A DNA stretch of 64,000 nucleotides, taken from assembly GCA_976226885.1 (NCBI GenBank), contig OZ320315.1, forward strand, positions 41,974,001 to 42,038,000, read 5' to 3'. This DNA is from Iphione sp. A-MEVVRFRX5. Its lineage: Eukaryota. Positions 41,901 to 56,900 of the stretch are shown in pieces. The number at the start of each line of letters is the position of its first letter. Position 1 is the stretch's first letter. The position numbers and the translations under genes are program-made. Under the pieces are notes generated by a model, which was given only the letters and a program-made list of their open reading frames with translations, was not told the DNA's origin and did no database searches.

Positions 41901-44900
41901 TGGAGAGGGCACCTCTTGATTTTAGGGCGGCTCCAGAGATCAAATAAGGGTTGGAGAGAGAGAGGAAGCATCAAGTGAAACAAGGTGTCCACGGAGACTA
42001 TAATGAGCGCATACCTACTCCAAACCATAAGTCAACGAAGGACACGGTGTCGGACAGTCATTACCTAAAAATGAAATTAGTAATAACAGGCAGTTCGTGG
42101 TTATGGGGGTTACATTAACGATGGCCCTCAGGAGAACCACCCATTCATATTTTCTCTCTCCCTTTCTCTCTTTCTCCTATCTATTTCTCATTCTGGTGGT
42201 GTTTCATGTCCAAAATTCAAGAGTGAAAACGCCGTTAACTAAAATATATATTGAGATAAACATTTTATCTAAAGGTCTCTCTCGCATAGTGTATCTTTGT
42301 CGGATAATTCTATCGTTTTGCAAAAGATACTCAACACAATAGGACGTATACCGAAGCAAGTTTGTTCAAACTGTTCGAAAAAGTCGATTTGCGCCGTGAG
42401 CATGAACTGAAACCGTACACTATGACAGGAAATGATGAATCTTTAATGCTCATTACTGACAGCGTAATTTGTTGTTTTCTGCTGAAACACCAGCTTGCTC
42501 TGGGAAAAAGTTCCCTTATCTCATGTTGACCCTGGCAACCCCATATCTGCACGTTAGGCAAACATTTTGCTTTGTTTGTAAAAATGGTTCACCCCAGGCA
42601 ACGCAGAGATTGTAGAGATATACGACACATCCGGTTAGAAACAAAAAGTAAATGACACCATGTACAGTACTTTGTTTTTGCGTCAAATTTGTCTGTAATT
42701 TCAGTGTGTAGAACTCATCTGCAAGGAAAGCACCTACAAAAATTACTAAGAATTATAGATAGAAACCATAATTATATGTTTTGTTTCTTTAATAATGTAC
42801 TATAGGAATTCCATGTAGGCATTTGCGACTAGAAAAGTCGTTTTTTAAATTGCTAATGGAGCTGTCCATAAATATAATAGCAGTAATGCCCGAATCGTTG
42901 TTAGAAACATTTCAAAAACATTTCCTGATAAATGTTTTTGTATCATTTATCTTCCAGAATATTTAGCAACGATCTAATCAAGTTCCACAAGAACAGAATC
43001 AAGATCACCAATATTACATCCCAGGACAACGGCATCTACTCCTGTATAGCATCTAACACAGCCGGCAGCATCGAAAGTGTCGACAATTTCCTGCTCAATG
43101 TCGAAGGTCAGTTAGACAGTACATGTAATTAACGAACCTTTTGTGTTTACGTGTCCTTTAACTATTCACGACTTTTTAAATATTTTAAATCTGTTGTAAC
43201 ATTTGACAGGAAAGTATACGGTACCTTTTCCTGTTAAGGTTTGCTGAGTAATATTTACACTACCTTGTTTAAAAAGACTACAGGAAGTAGAATAGAAAGT
43301 ACATGTAGTTCTCATCATTGCTTCCTTCCTACCAGCTCTCTCACACTAATGTGATTTAAGTAAAGTTGTGTTTCATTTGCTCCTTTGATATTGTGTATGG
43401 AAGTGTAGTTAAGTAATAGAAATTACAAGATACTTTCTGTCAGAAGAGACAGTATTTACGAGAATAGTGATATATTTTACACTACGTCTTCAGTTGGGTG
43501 TAGTAGTACACCACTGACCTTGCCCTTCCCTTCAAATATAAATAGAGTAAGAGAGAGCCAGAGTGCCAGGGCAAGGGGGAGAGAGAAAGACACACACACA
43601 CAACCATTGCAAGCACCGAAGACATTGGTTCTTCTAAAATAGTTAATGCTTCTATATCTTATCGGGGACGACTTCGCACACAACCAGAATGTCTACAGAG
43701 CTCTATGATTTTTCAAATTTTCGTGATAACTCAGTTGGAAGAGATTTCTTGCCACAAATTAAATTTGCACCACCTGTACTGTTATGTGTACGGTGGAGTA
43801 TTCGCCGGGAATCGTCTGTGACGGCTGCTGTGACTATGACCATCTGTCTGATTCACATGCCAGTACGTTATAATGGACGCGAGTCATGGATGGCAACAGC
43901 GAACTTGCTGCTGTTCAAGCACTGCGCATACTGCTGAAGGCAACGCACAGTCAGCTTAGCTTTTGTCGACTATAAGATGCAGCAGCACCTCTAGCGGCTA
44001 GCAAGGTTGGAGGAGCATGACGAGCCGTCTCGAAGAGCGCGTGTTGTGAGTGTGAGTCAGGGTGGCGTACCTGGGCATACTTCGCCAGGTGAACTGATTT
44101 GACGACCACGGCGGCGCATTCATTCGCGAGGCTCTCTTATAGGATTTCAGGACTCACATGCCCCCATCGAGGCATGATTTGTCATCAGCCGACGCCATTT
44201 CACTCTTGTTTTTTTCTGATCACGGGAGCTGCATGCGGGAATGCCATTGTCGTCCATTAGGCGTCGTCCAGAAGCCAGTGGGCCGGCGCGTGCCCACTTG
44301 CTTACTTCCGGTGGTGGCCGGACGCCATGATGACTCAGCGCTCACCACGATCGGTCCGGGTGGGGCGGATCGGCGCTCGATCCATCAGGGCGTCTGGATA
44401 TCTTTTAATTTCATGTTTCAATTTGTCGGAACCTGATCTGAGCGCCCCTTGCCCGCCCGGAGCATGTACGGCTCATAATGGAAAATTAAGCCGGCAGATT
44501 AAGTTCCATTATCTACCCTCCTTTGCTCCAGCATCTTCCAACCAGCCAACCAATCTAGGCAGCCTTGCCGTCTTCCTTTCGATCAGTGTCCTCCTCACAC
44601 AATTGCTATAAAATAGAGATGATGGTCTCCTTATTTCTCGTTCTGTTTTGCCCCTGCAGCAGCGAAATAAAATGGCAGTTTCGTTTCGCGGCGGTTCCGT
44701 TAAATCCACTCTAGAAAGGTGAAGTTGAAATTCAACCGCTTTTGTATCTATGAAACTGAACAGGTAGCACAGAAGTATCACCACCATTACCATAATCTAC
44801 TTGTTAGTTATTGGAACCTAAAGACACTCCCTCACCCTCCTCCTTCCTCCCTCGCTTGAAGTCGGATGAGGCAAGCTTAAACGACGGCTGGCTGCGATTC

Positions 44901-47900
44901 GAGGCAGTGCCTAAGGCTCATTTGTCCATTTGGAAGGATCCTGGCTGTGATGGCAGTAAATGGGCATTAATGGAACTGACCCTCAATACAAACGTACGTA
45001 ATCCAATCACGCGCATCCGTGGATCAGCATCTCTTTAAGGTCAGCAACGCCTCCGTATTATTGCACCGGTTGCGCCATAAAAGCGACCACTTAAGGCATT
45101 ATCCTACCTTTTACTTACGTAAATCATTTACACAGACATTTCCATTAGGCTAATTTACATAACGCCTTGGCTCTTTGCCTCTGGTCGTATTTCTTGTCTA
45201 ATTAATCGCATTCACACAGAGAAAGACATAGCTGTACAGCATTTAACGGTATACCCCAACAGATCCACATACCGTATAGATCAGATCTTGGTACCCAGAA
45301 ACGTTTATCAGGAACAGCTATCTCAAAGCATATAGGAAAAAGTAAACATTTATGTTCACATGACAACAAACTACTCCAGGTTATCTCTTGACAGCCACAC
45401 CTGGTACATAGGCACAACGGCGCAGTAACATTTATGGGCCACGTGTAGACAGATAAGATCTAGCAAGCAGTCTGTGCATGCCAAAACCTAAACGCATCCT
45501 CGGTCTGCTTGTCTGTCAATTGTCTGTCATACCTGTCCCATTCTGCTGTATTAAAATAGTTATCGTGACACCAAAAGCGGTTGCTTGAATAAGGGAGCGT
45601 CATTACAAGCGCTCCCCATCGCTGGTGATCCACATACCGTTACAGATTTCCATCCTGCCTGCACAGACGTCCACAAACCGAGTCACCATCTACTCGGGGA
45701 GTCACTCATAGCTTGACAGATGATTAAATCGCATGCTTCCCCTCACCTCACGAGTGTATGGTCGTGAATATTCATGAACAGTGAGGGAAACCCCCCTCCC
45801 TTTCCCTCCATTCCTCTAACCCCATCTCATCAGAAAAAACCACCGCTGCACTACTTTAATGTCTTTACGATCACGAAGTGCTAATTGTCTTGCTTTTCAA
45901 CCAGCTTCGGATGCGCGATTCTTCATGTCCCAATTCAGATCCTAGCTGCGCCCATCGGTGCCGCATGCTGCGATCATAAAGCGTAGTGCGCGCTGATTTG
46001 CGGTCATTAGATTTCCATGAACACAGTGATTGATTTTGACCAATTAGCGCAGACACAATTCCAGTAAGGCCCTTTCCTGTTTTTTCCCCCCACATTTTGT
46101 TGATGACGATTTGTTTCCGACTGTCACTGCATGCCTCCGACTGTCGGAGGGACACCGCCGCTTGCTCTGAAACCAGACGAGGTTTTCGCATAATCCGAGA
46201 AAGGTCCTTAATTTTTGGCCGCAGCAGAGCCGCCAACAGGAAACAAAGCTGACGTATATCTTGGGAAGACGTATCTCCCGGTGCAGTCTCGTCCGACATT
46301 GCGTAAAATTCCCTTGACCTCAGTGGGCAGTTTAAGCTGAAGCCGGCAACACATGGAACAAAATCGAGGAGAATGTATAGCTCTTCATGTTTAAGAGACA
46401 AGCATGAATAGATGTTTCAAGGATTTTCATATTTGTGAAATGAAAGAGGAATAAAGCATGTACTAAAAGACGACTGGGGACGCATGTGCATGCAGTAAAT
46501 ATTAGTAACTGACAATCCCCCCCGGTGCAACCGAATGTCTCCTGTTTGCATTGAAAGAGAAAGAGAGGGTGCCTGTCTGCACCCGATGGAAGTGTTATTG
46601 ACAAACAGGCCGCACAAAGAACTGCCACAATAGCTCGGGAGGATCACTCCACAAAGGACACCGCCTCATTGTGAGGCGACGCACACTGCCAGGCCTGGCC
46701 TGTTCGACGACGGAGACGGTGTACAGTCGCCCTACTAACACACACCTTGTGCGCTGCTGGTAGAGCATTGAGTGAAAGGCGCACGTTTTTGGTCAGAAAA
46801 CAGGCAAATGCTGTCATCGCATGAGGACTGTTCCCACTCTTTTCATCCCCGTACGGTGTTGGCTCTCGCTAGAATGAAATCAGACTGTCTTAACAGTGAT
46901 TTGTCACTGGGATTTAGGAAAACGAACGATAATCACTAATGCGAAGCGCAGATGATGATTATGTCTTTCGTACATGTCAACAGTCCGTTAAGTTCCTAAG
47001 CCATTGATATAAAGCTCTAAACCGAGACCATATTAGGACAGATATAGAGGAAGGGAGATAACCTTAATAGAATAACACAAACAAGGTGAGTGTGACATCA
47101 TGCCATAGGAAGTAATCGAGGTATATGAAAATGCATTTTTTGTTAGAAATAGAAGGCAGTACATGTAATATGTAAAGACGTATTCATGCAGTTTTACCTG
47201 AAAATATGGTAGAACTTCATGTGTATATGAATACTAACACACAAACCAATATATCAAGTTACAGTTGAAGGATATCCATTCGCAGGTTATGTATCAGAGC
47301 TGTTGAATGGATGGTTGTTTTAATAACGCTTGCAAAGAACACCGCTGATTGACGTCTGACACGATGGATTCCTTAAGCCTTTCTCTTAGAAAATACAGCC
47401 ACCATATTTATCCAAACATGTGCGCCTACACACACATTAGAAGCATGTATACAACATTGTATACCGTCTAAGAGTCCCAATCAATCCCAGAGTCCCAAAT
47501 GACCATATTGTTTGTGGTAAAAGCTTCCTTATGCTAACGTAACGTTTATCCACCCTTCAAACGCACGAATTATACATGTATACGAGTCTCAGGTTGAAAG
47601 AGTGAAGACGTGATGAATGGTCGATCCTAGCAGGCACGTTCTAAAAGGCAACAGCAAAGCCGTACGTGGATGAGACGCCGAAACTAGAATATGGAAAGGG
47701 ATCGCCACACAATTATTGGAGATTCGTTGGGAGGGGGGAAGCGAGCTTGAAGCGTCACTGCGGCCACTGGTGATATTTCATTTGCTGGCTTGCCGTTCAC
47801 GGCAACAAGCAGCTGATTTAGGCGACCGGGCCACCTCGCCGTGTCAGCGGCCTGGCCAGCGAGGGCGAAGACCGCGTCGTTTATCAAGTGGATCCCGGTG

Positions 47901-50900
47901 TCACGCTCGCTGCACTGGCCCTGCCCACAGCCAGCGCCCGATGGCGCAATCCTCACAAAGGTCGCCGCTCCATGGACTAATGGTATCGATTGGCTGGCAG
48001 CTGGCAGCTTTAAAAAAAACGTCGACGCACCCAGGCCCTGATGTCCGAAGAAATAGGAATCATGGACGCCTTACACGAAGAAGCCACGATTTACGGGTTT
48101 ATCCTGTGTGGCCGCAGAGGGGCGCCACTGTTGGAGATGGAGATGCAGTGTAGGCTTCACACAAAGAGGCAAGCTGGTTTGCAGGTGTATGGCAGGCCTT
48201 GTTCCGATCCTCCCTCATAAAGTCTTATGTATAATGTATTATATCCTTATGTAGCATGGACTTATAAGTAAGCTGCAGTTGCCCCAGATGCCAGTTCCTC
48301 TAACTAGCAGCTGCAATTTCCTATACAGATTCTAGATAGAATCAGCATTGGTATAAAAGCGGATCCAAGAGGAAAGCAAACCGCTGTATTTTTCGATTCG
48401 TATACCAAAAAGAAGAGCGGAATCTTTTTAAAGAAATCGGTCCAGGCGTGATGGTATCCCAGGTGAACAATACTCCGTGTTTCCCCCACCCCGATCTCTC
48501 ATCACTCGGGGTACACCTTTTGTGACTCTTTCGTGAAAGAAACTTTTCAGTTTGATATTCTTTCCTTTTTGGCAAACCTTGATCCATCGAAGGTCTGAGA
48601 CGTTTGAAGATACACGTCGCTTCCAGCAATTTCAAGCATTCAGACATAGTATCACGACAGGAGAGGCGTCTTATATGTGACCTTCGGTCCTACTTATCCC
48701 CAAGGCTGTTGATTCATACCTTTCGAGTGGTTGCTCGCACAACGGATGCAACTGAAAATACAAATACTCTTACCTTAGCAGACACAAAATTGAAAATAAA
48801 AAATCCAGCAGTCATTCCTCACAAGTACTTGGGACATAATGTTATCCAATTCTCCAGTCGTCCCTGATCGTGTTCGTGAAGATGGTATGATTTGTATATC
48901 TCTATTGAGATACATTTACACTGTAGATGTAAACACATTATATGTTAATTTCGCTTTGGAACTTATCCATATATGTGTAAATCCTTATTTTCTTATTAAT
49001 ATCTCATTTATGGACAGTTCACACAAACTAGTCTTCGAGACTCTATTAGCTAATAGCATTAAATGAAAGATAAAAAGGTAATAAACGAGAGTAAGATGTC
49101 GCTAATTCCATTTGTGGCCCACCGTGCTATCGCCAAAGGGAGGCGCTCTGTGAGCCCCTCCTTTAATATAGGCTCACGCGCCAAGCAAATCTACCTTGCA
49201 TATGGATGTAAAGCTCACAAGATGGCGGGCGGTTCTCCTGACGGCGACACAGGTTCTATTTATCGATAGCATTGTCATGATACATCACGACAGAGCTGGT
49301 TGGCCTCAGCGGCCGCCCATGTTGATATGTCCATCATGGTTATCAGAGTTTGGCACCGCCATGATGGATCACGTGCCGGCCCCTATTCATGCGTCGACCC
49401 GGCAGGCGTTGCCAGGCGAGGCGCAGTGGTTGACTCCTTTTTTGTCACCCCCGCCTCCTAGGTGTACTTCTACAGGTGCAGCGTAATATTAAAACAAACG
49501 CCCACAGCTTCCCACGACGACATATTTTTGTCAATTTCGGCCGCTTACGCCGGCAGAATATACCGCGCACTTTTGTCTTCATGATGTCACTGCAGGGCAT
49601 ATTATGGTCCTGGAGTAGGTGGGGGTGAGCGCAAGGTCATGTTGGAGTTATGAACGTCAATGCTAACGCTATAGATGTTTGAATAATTCTCGACATGCCT
49701 CAGCAAATATGCCACTGGGATGCCGGCAACCAAACTGGAGAAGCGAGATTCAATTTCAGACAAATGTTTGAGGAGCAGAAGCAAACACCTCGCTGGCTGA
49801 TTTAGCCCAACACGATTTGCATGGGGACGGTGAGTGGACTCCCCTCCCCTTACTCCTTGGGCACGGCAGGCCTGAGAGCCAGGCCGGCCCGCCCGTGCAA
49901 TTGGCATGCGTGTGCTGCCTCATGATTCTTTGGTCTGTAATTGTATGACGGGCGCACGGAATAATGACAACTGTCCGCCCCTATCCCATTGTCTCAAGTA
50001 ATTACGCCTGGCGACGGTCTGGCGGCGGCAACCGATATGGCAGGCAGAAGACCACAGCAGCCGGATGGACACGCTTGTGGGAGGCTGAGTAGGCAGTCGA
50101 GCAGCTGCAAGAAGGCTGGAAGGATGTAGACGATAGGCCCTCGGCATCAGCAATGGTAAGGGGCATAGTCAGGGGCGGGGGATGGGGACGGTGCTGGTGA
50201 GGGCGAGGTTTGCAGTCTCTGCCAGGCTCAGGTAAAGGGGGGACTGGCAGTGCACACCCACGGTGTCCAATTTCTGGCCAAATAATAACAGCAAAAATAC
50301 AGGACTAGAATCATAGGAGGCACCGAAATTTGAATATCTGAGTGGTACCGTGTGTACTTGGCAGAGCGACGTTAAAGTTTATTTGGCAATGAAAAAATAG
50401 CGAGGATATAGTGTGTACTGACTCCGGGAAAGAATGGATCTCTCTAAAGCAGAGGCTACGAGGCGCCAAATGCGATGGCCCTTTTCATACTGGTGGGTCA
50501 GTTTTAACAGCAAAGACGTGCTTTACCGCCTTCTTAGAGCTTCCATGCAGCACACCTTCTGAAAACATATCCCGCTTTGGTATTCTGGGAAAAGGCAATC
50601 TCTGAATAATCAGACAAGGGATTTCTTTCGCATTCTTTTTCGTGGGAAGCTATACATGCTGAAACAAGTGATTTAGAATTAAAAGCTAATATAATTATCC
50701 CACCTTGATCACAGTATCATATTAAACAGGTCATTGTCCACATTGCCTGCAACTTGTTCCTATGAAGTTATTGAGCGTATGGAGGTACAGGAGCTACTCT
50801 AAAAGAACATCCCCCTCACCATCCTCGACCTGGCTCCACTGAGCCACTACATTACCGAAGAACCCCAATCTCAGACATGAGTGATTGCTATAAAGCCAGC

Positions 50901-53900
50901 AACAATATTACCGTCGCACCGTAGACCTATCCCCTCTATACACCCCTGCGCCCGACCCAACCCCTACACAACCGGCCTGATATGTCAACCCAGGACACCC
51001 CCATAACCATTCCTCAACCCTGGAACCAACCGAATTTTGAATTATCAAACACATTTATCTCGCCCTATTCGTATCTCTATTAAATTCCGCTGACCCGGTT
51101 TTTCGGTCGATGGCCCTAACTAGCCGTTGAATCAACAGTACATACGTGATCGACTCCAGCGGCAGCATCTTGCTGACTTAATTGACACATCCGCATATTG
51201 GGTTAAGTGGTCGATTGCTCCTCCTCCTCCTCGCTGCACTAAAACTGCAGCCTTGGGGCACTCTATTGTTCGATCACTCTCCGTCTCCTAATGAAACTAA
51301 GATTGGCGAGAAGATAATGAAGACGGAGCGCTGTGTAACTAGCGCAGTATGCGGAAAACGTGCAGCCTCTGATTGATCCGTTCGGCCTGTGCTATATGTT
51401 TTATGACCGTCGAGGCATTTACAAACCACTTGTCAAGTGTGACGAGCAGCCGTCATAGTCACACCATCAATCCTTCCCAATTACCACTGCCGCCAAAGCA
51501 CACGGGTTTTCGCCCGGCACTGCCTTTCCCCCCGAAGAAACGACCTCGAAAAATATATACGAGGAGAGAAAGGAGTTAGCTCAGTGGTAGAGCACTGGTC
51601 CACTGACTGAGAGGTCTCAGGTTCAATCCCGGGCCTGGGACTCCTGATCATGACCAGACAGATTTACTGTAGCCCGAACCCAGAGTGATCCACAACTCGT
51701 AAAAAGGCCGTGGGTGTATAGGATTCTGTCCCCTATGCACAAAAAGACCCCAGAAACCTATTCGAAATAAGAGTAGGGGGCAACCCCGGGTATTCTGGTC
51801 TCTCAATTCTCAACAATAGATGGTAGTATGCTGCCCCAGGAGGATATGGAAGATCCCTGTCATATGATAGGTGAATATATTCCTGGTAAAAGATACAGTG
51901 AAATGAAAATGAAAATGAAAAATCACCTCGGAAGCGAGAGCATAGCAGGTGATCAACGCTTGCCTCCACTGGCTCACCCCCCACCCCCAACCCCCAAAGC
52001 CCAGAGGTTACAGTTGACCTTCGTATCCTAGCGTTGATCGAAGCCGAGATTCAACTGGATCTTGGCGGTCATCGATCACGGAGGAACCGAGAGTGAAAAG
52101 GGCGAACTGGTACGTCGTAAAACGTGGGGCGTCGCACGAGACTTAAATACCACACGGCTTTAGTAGCATCGCTGATGGAGGCATACGTGATCGGACCGTT
52201 AGGCATCTACCTCCATCCATACTCCTCCCTGAAGGGTTTTGCAGCCACCCTACTCACACAATACACCTGAGTGTACTGTATGTACAGTCTACTCGGTCAT
52301 CGGATCATGTGACATGTGAATGTATGGCAGCAGTTATGCTNNNNNNNNNNNNNNNNNNNNNNNNNNNNNNNNNNNNNNNNNNNNNNNNNNNNNNNNNNNN
52401 NNNNNNNNNNNNNNNNNNNNNNNNNNNNNNNNNNNNNNNNNNNNNNNNNNNNNNNNNNNNNNNNNNNNNATATCTTCATGGTACCATGCTCTGGGTATTG
52501 CTCAGGTTTCCCGGTGGGAACTACCCTGTTTGATGTAATTTTACGACCAAGTGGCAACAAGGGCCACGATGTCGCCACACGTGCGGCTGCCTTTAATATT
52601 TGCGATGGAATATACCCATATTGGCTCTGCGGCCAGGAGGCCCGTGGCGCAGGCGCCCGATGCGGTGCCGCTCAATCCAGGGAAAAGTCACGTTTTAGTC
52701 GGAGGCTGAAGAGGGTGGCCAAACTAAGCTTATCAGCCTGGCGGGCAAGACGACACCCTCCTCCAGAGATTATGAAACCGGGGTCCCTCGTGGCCTGGGA
52801 TGAAAAGCACGAAAAAAAAATGCTTACATCTTATTTTCCTATACAAGGGGGCTCTGATGGGGAGTGATTACTAAATCATGCGAGGCTGCGTGGCTCGGAA
52901 TCCACTAGTTATTTGCTTTTGCTCATAATGCCCGCAGCATTGCTTGGACAGTCAGCAGGTTCAGCTCCGTCTACCTTTGACACCAATTTATGAAGGATTG
53001 GTGTAGACACGTAGCCACGGGAAGCTCATAGTCGTCGATCATGCCTTTCCATAGCAAAAATATTCATTTGAGTACATGCAATAAAATACGGCTTTGAGTG
53101 CTAAGGAACGTAAATACGAAATCATCCTCCAAAATAATGAGGCTGCAAATGGCATTCCATACTGGCAAAGAAACCACGCACATGCTGTACATTCCGAGTC
53201 GGTGTTTTGAAAAACATTTGGGCATCTCCATTGACTTAATAATTTATCACCTTGTACCACCTCCGAACATTACCCAGGCGAAGAGCCATAAAGCAAAAGA
53301 ATAGGTGATGGATCCCGCGGTAAATGAATTCGTATATTCTTTATTACGCACAGCTATGAGCGTGCTGTGATGATTGCATGCGACTTAGATATTTACCAGG
53401 CCCGCGCCCTGTCTTATTCCCTCATATCCTGGTCTCCTATGGTTAATGGCACAGGTTGCCGGTGTGCTTCTCGGATAATTGCCCGTATCACTGCCTAGAT
53501 CGATTTTCCTCATTCCAGGTGTCATCGCCAGTTACAGCCACACCATCCTGCCAGAAGCCTAGGCAATGCCAGACAATTTGGAGTCTGCGCAGATCTATAG
53601 CTCCCTTAAACAGATTTACCCCCGAGAAATGGAAGCTAATACTTTGATAGTATGATCCATCACCAGCAAGAAGGATTTTCTCTTAATGTAGAATCTCAGG
53701 AGCTTTCCGACTGGCTTATGGACTTCTCCGTGGCCAGTCTGTTATGTTGTACATACCAAATGAATATTAACGGCCTTGCTGATGGGAGCTGCCTATGGAG
53801 CTACCTTATCGCATTGCTTGTCGAGGATTTACGTAGAGAGTAGACAATACCTGAAGGTCAACTGTCGCTCTGTTGAGGGCTCAATATGATTCCTGTATTA

Positions 53901-56900
53901 GCCGCCTTATGCATGTGCATACTTGTACTGTTTCCCAGAGTCCCACGCTGGATCATCATTATATTTTTCCCCGGTTGTGTCACCTCTTTGCCAGTTGGAG
54001 GCCTTTTGTACTACATTGTCTGAAGTACTAATTAACAGTCTGTCCCTATCTACCAACGCCCTTTATAAACACCCTCAGTTCCCTTGCTTATAGTTGTAAT
54101 GGGCGTGAAACTGAAACCAGCTACTTTGTGCTGTATGACTTATTTTCCTTATTTGAATGTTTTATTATCTGGATAGAATTCCTTGTAACGTGGCGAGAAT
54201 ATACATGTATGTATTCCATGAGAGGTTATGTTTTGTTTATGTTGTCGTTCGTCAAATTCTATATAATTTGCCTCAGGACTCAAGACCGGGAATTTATAGG
54301 CTTTTAATACAACAATTAAAAGTGTCCTATATAATGCCTGCTCATTGATAGGTTACAAATGACCTTATGGCACTTATCAACGCTTAAAATTCGTACCGTC
54401 AACTCGCCTTTTTTTTTATCTGAACTCCTAATGAAAATCACCTATTAACACGGTTTTAAACCCTCCACAGGGAGAGCCCACTTTTTTCCCTAATAGAGTA
54501 AGAGGTTCATTGGTCGATTGTGTCAACATTCGCTGACTTGCCCGCAGTGGCGCTAATGTTCCCAGGCGCCCGTCCCTGTCCGCAGTAATGAAATGACGTA
54601 CTAATTGTATGCCTCCACGATACCGCTCTGAGCAGTGGGTTCCATTTTTTTTCTCCCCTCACTGCTGATGTCAGGGGAGATGCCCGAGGAATTAAACCCT
54701 TTAAATCATTCTTCGTCGCATGTACGATTCTCTCCTTGCGCAAATCCACAGCTAACGACCTATTTCGTTGTCTTGAAAGGGGAAAACATCGTAAACAGCA
54801 CCCGTGATGGATTTTGACGAATGAAGGCGACTTGACGCGGGGATGACAGCGTCCTTATTTATTACCTGCAATATCGGAGTGCACAAGAAGTCAAATAATG
54901 ACCAGATAAGCCGGGCCAAGCATTGCTTGACCTTCAGACAAAAAAATCATACAACTACAGATTAATAATCATTTGCACCAAAGGCACCACCGACCTTTCT
55001 GTTGCCTCGAAGCAAATGCAACGGTGAAATTGAATTTAGAAACTCTGTCGCGAAAACTTGCATATTGTCACCGACACCTCATTACAAACTGTTGAAGAGA
55101 ATCGTGACAATAGCAGGTAATGCATGTATCTTCGCCATATTAAAGCATTCGTGCGGCCTATTTATCACCAACTCTTCGTGTAGGAGTTCTAAACCATTCT
55201 AAAGCCGACGCACACTACAGCGTTTCATTGGGAACGGGATTTCTTCCAAGCTAGTCTCTGACTTACTGAAAGCGGAGCACTTTCCCCGCGTATCTCTGCT
55301 TAATACTTTATAGAAACACCGATGAAGCCCAATACACCTACTTGCTGTCAGCGGCTTCTCCAGTCCCTGATATCGAGGGCGATGCGTGCCGGCCGGCCGT
55401 AACTTAGCCACCGCTCACTAGGAGGCAGCACCATGCCACCAAACGAGAAGCCGGTCAGGCGTAGCTTCCCATTTCTTCGAGCATGTTAAAACGGACATAA
55501 ATCTCCTCTAATGATTTCGATTCTGCAACGGCCTCTCACATCGCCGACGGGAAACGCAAGGTGGTTATAGCTGCCCTCCCACCAGGCAAGATATTGGCAG
55601 TATAGCGACAATAAGTGACGACAAGGGAACATAAATTCTTAACGAGCTTCCCTTCGTGCATATGGCTAACATGACCATATCAGTAGGTGCGTGACCACCT
55701 TGGAGCAGGCACGTCTAAAGCATGCTCAAAGGCGAACGATCATACTTATCCTTGTGCAATTATTAACTCGACAATCAGGCAAGGAATCGGCCGGCCATTA
55801 GTTTGCTTTCGTTTGATGAAATTATTGAACCTCAACACATGGGCTCTTAGAGTTAGCCTAAATATCCATCAGAGCATATTTGAGGTATATATCCATACTG
55901 AATAAAGAATGGGCACTACCCCAGATCTTATGTTTGCTGACAAACGAGGCGTGAGTACATGTACAGACCATGCAGCACACATGCAGATGAATATTAAGCC
56001 TAATACCTATTCACAAGCATCTGAATCGATTATGTCAGTCATTACCTTGTTTGAGCTCGTTTCACTTTTCGTTTTCTTCAATATTCTATTTGCTATTTTT
56101 TAAAAAAATTTTGTTGTACCTGTTAACATATTTCCTCTTCTTCCAATATGCCCCCTATTAACCAGTCTTATCATAGCACCATTTCATAATTGTCATATCT
56201 TCCCAAAAGAAATGTCTGCTTAGTTGCCGTTATTTGAAGAATAGTGATGGATTTATGCATTGTATAAATAATGAAGCAACCATAATGTTATCAACAGGTA
56301 GAGGGCCATGCGAAGTTGAATTGTCTTCAGTTATGGCGCCAATCATCTATATGAACCAGAAGTGAGAATACCACACAGTAGTAATTGGATAGAATCTAAT
56401 TGCTGTGAAACATAGAGATGAGGCATAGCCTGATTATTACATTCGAAAGCTAAGTTACTTTTCACCTTCACTTCGCAATGAACAGAAATGAGTCCGCGCC
56501 CCCGAGGCTGAAGTTTATCAGGAAGCTGCCGTGGGAGCACAGCTTGATATCCCTTTTTTCCGGCTGACTGTCTGGCCGTGTGTTAGGAATTATGAGAACA
56601 GGAAGAAGATTGGAAATGGCGCGGTGCATCATCCTGTAAAATGATATATGGCATCTTGATGGAGGAAGATTACCTGTAAACTGAAGATGAAATAGCAAGG
56701 GGTATAGAGTCACCAAGCCATATACCACATTATATAATTGCATTTCAGTCACTAAAATCACATACCTAATGCATCAACCGAGGTCCTCGATAAACAGTTT
56801 TTTCCACTCTTCTTTCTTCTGAAAACCTTCCGAACATTAGTCGTAAGTATGGATTGAGCCCAAGGCCCTTGCTTCCCTTTGATATTATTTAGGTCAAAGA

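Noticed and set aside
51572-51644. Functional tRNA gene
   Set aside because: The anticodon and T stems are degenerate, and the head continues into a SINE core and tail.
52704-52740. Hammerhead-like CTGAAGAGG-GTGG-CC-AAAC, and a similar minus-strand motif at about 58980-59002
   Set aside because: The catalytic GAAA is incomplete or absent, and stems I and III do not form.
52316-52867. 183-aa ORF and overlapping ORFs
   Set aside because: They read through the 129-N gap; artefact.
55584-55606. aggcaagatattggca, similar to mature miR-31
   Set aside because: The match spans the loop of the only local stem rather than lying on a hairpin arm, so it is not a pre-miRNA geometry.
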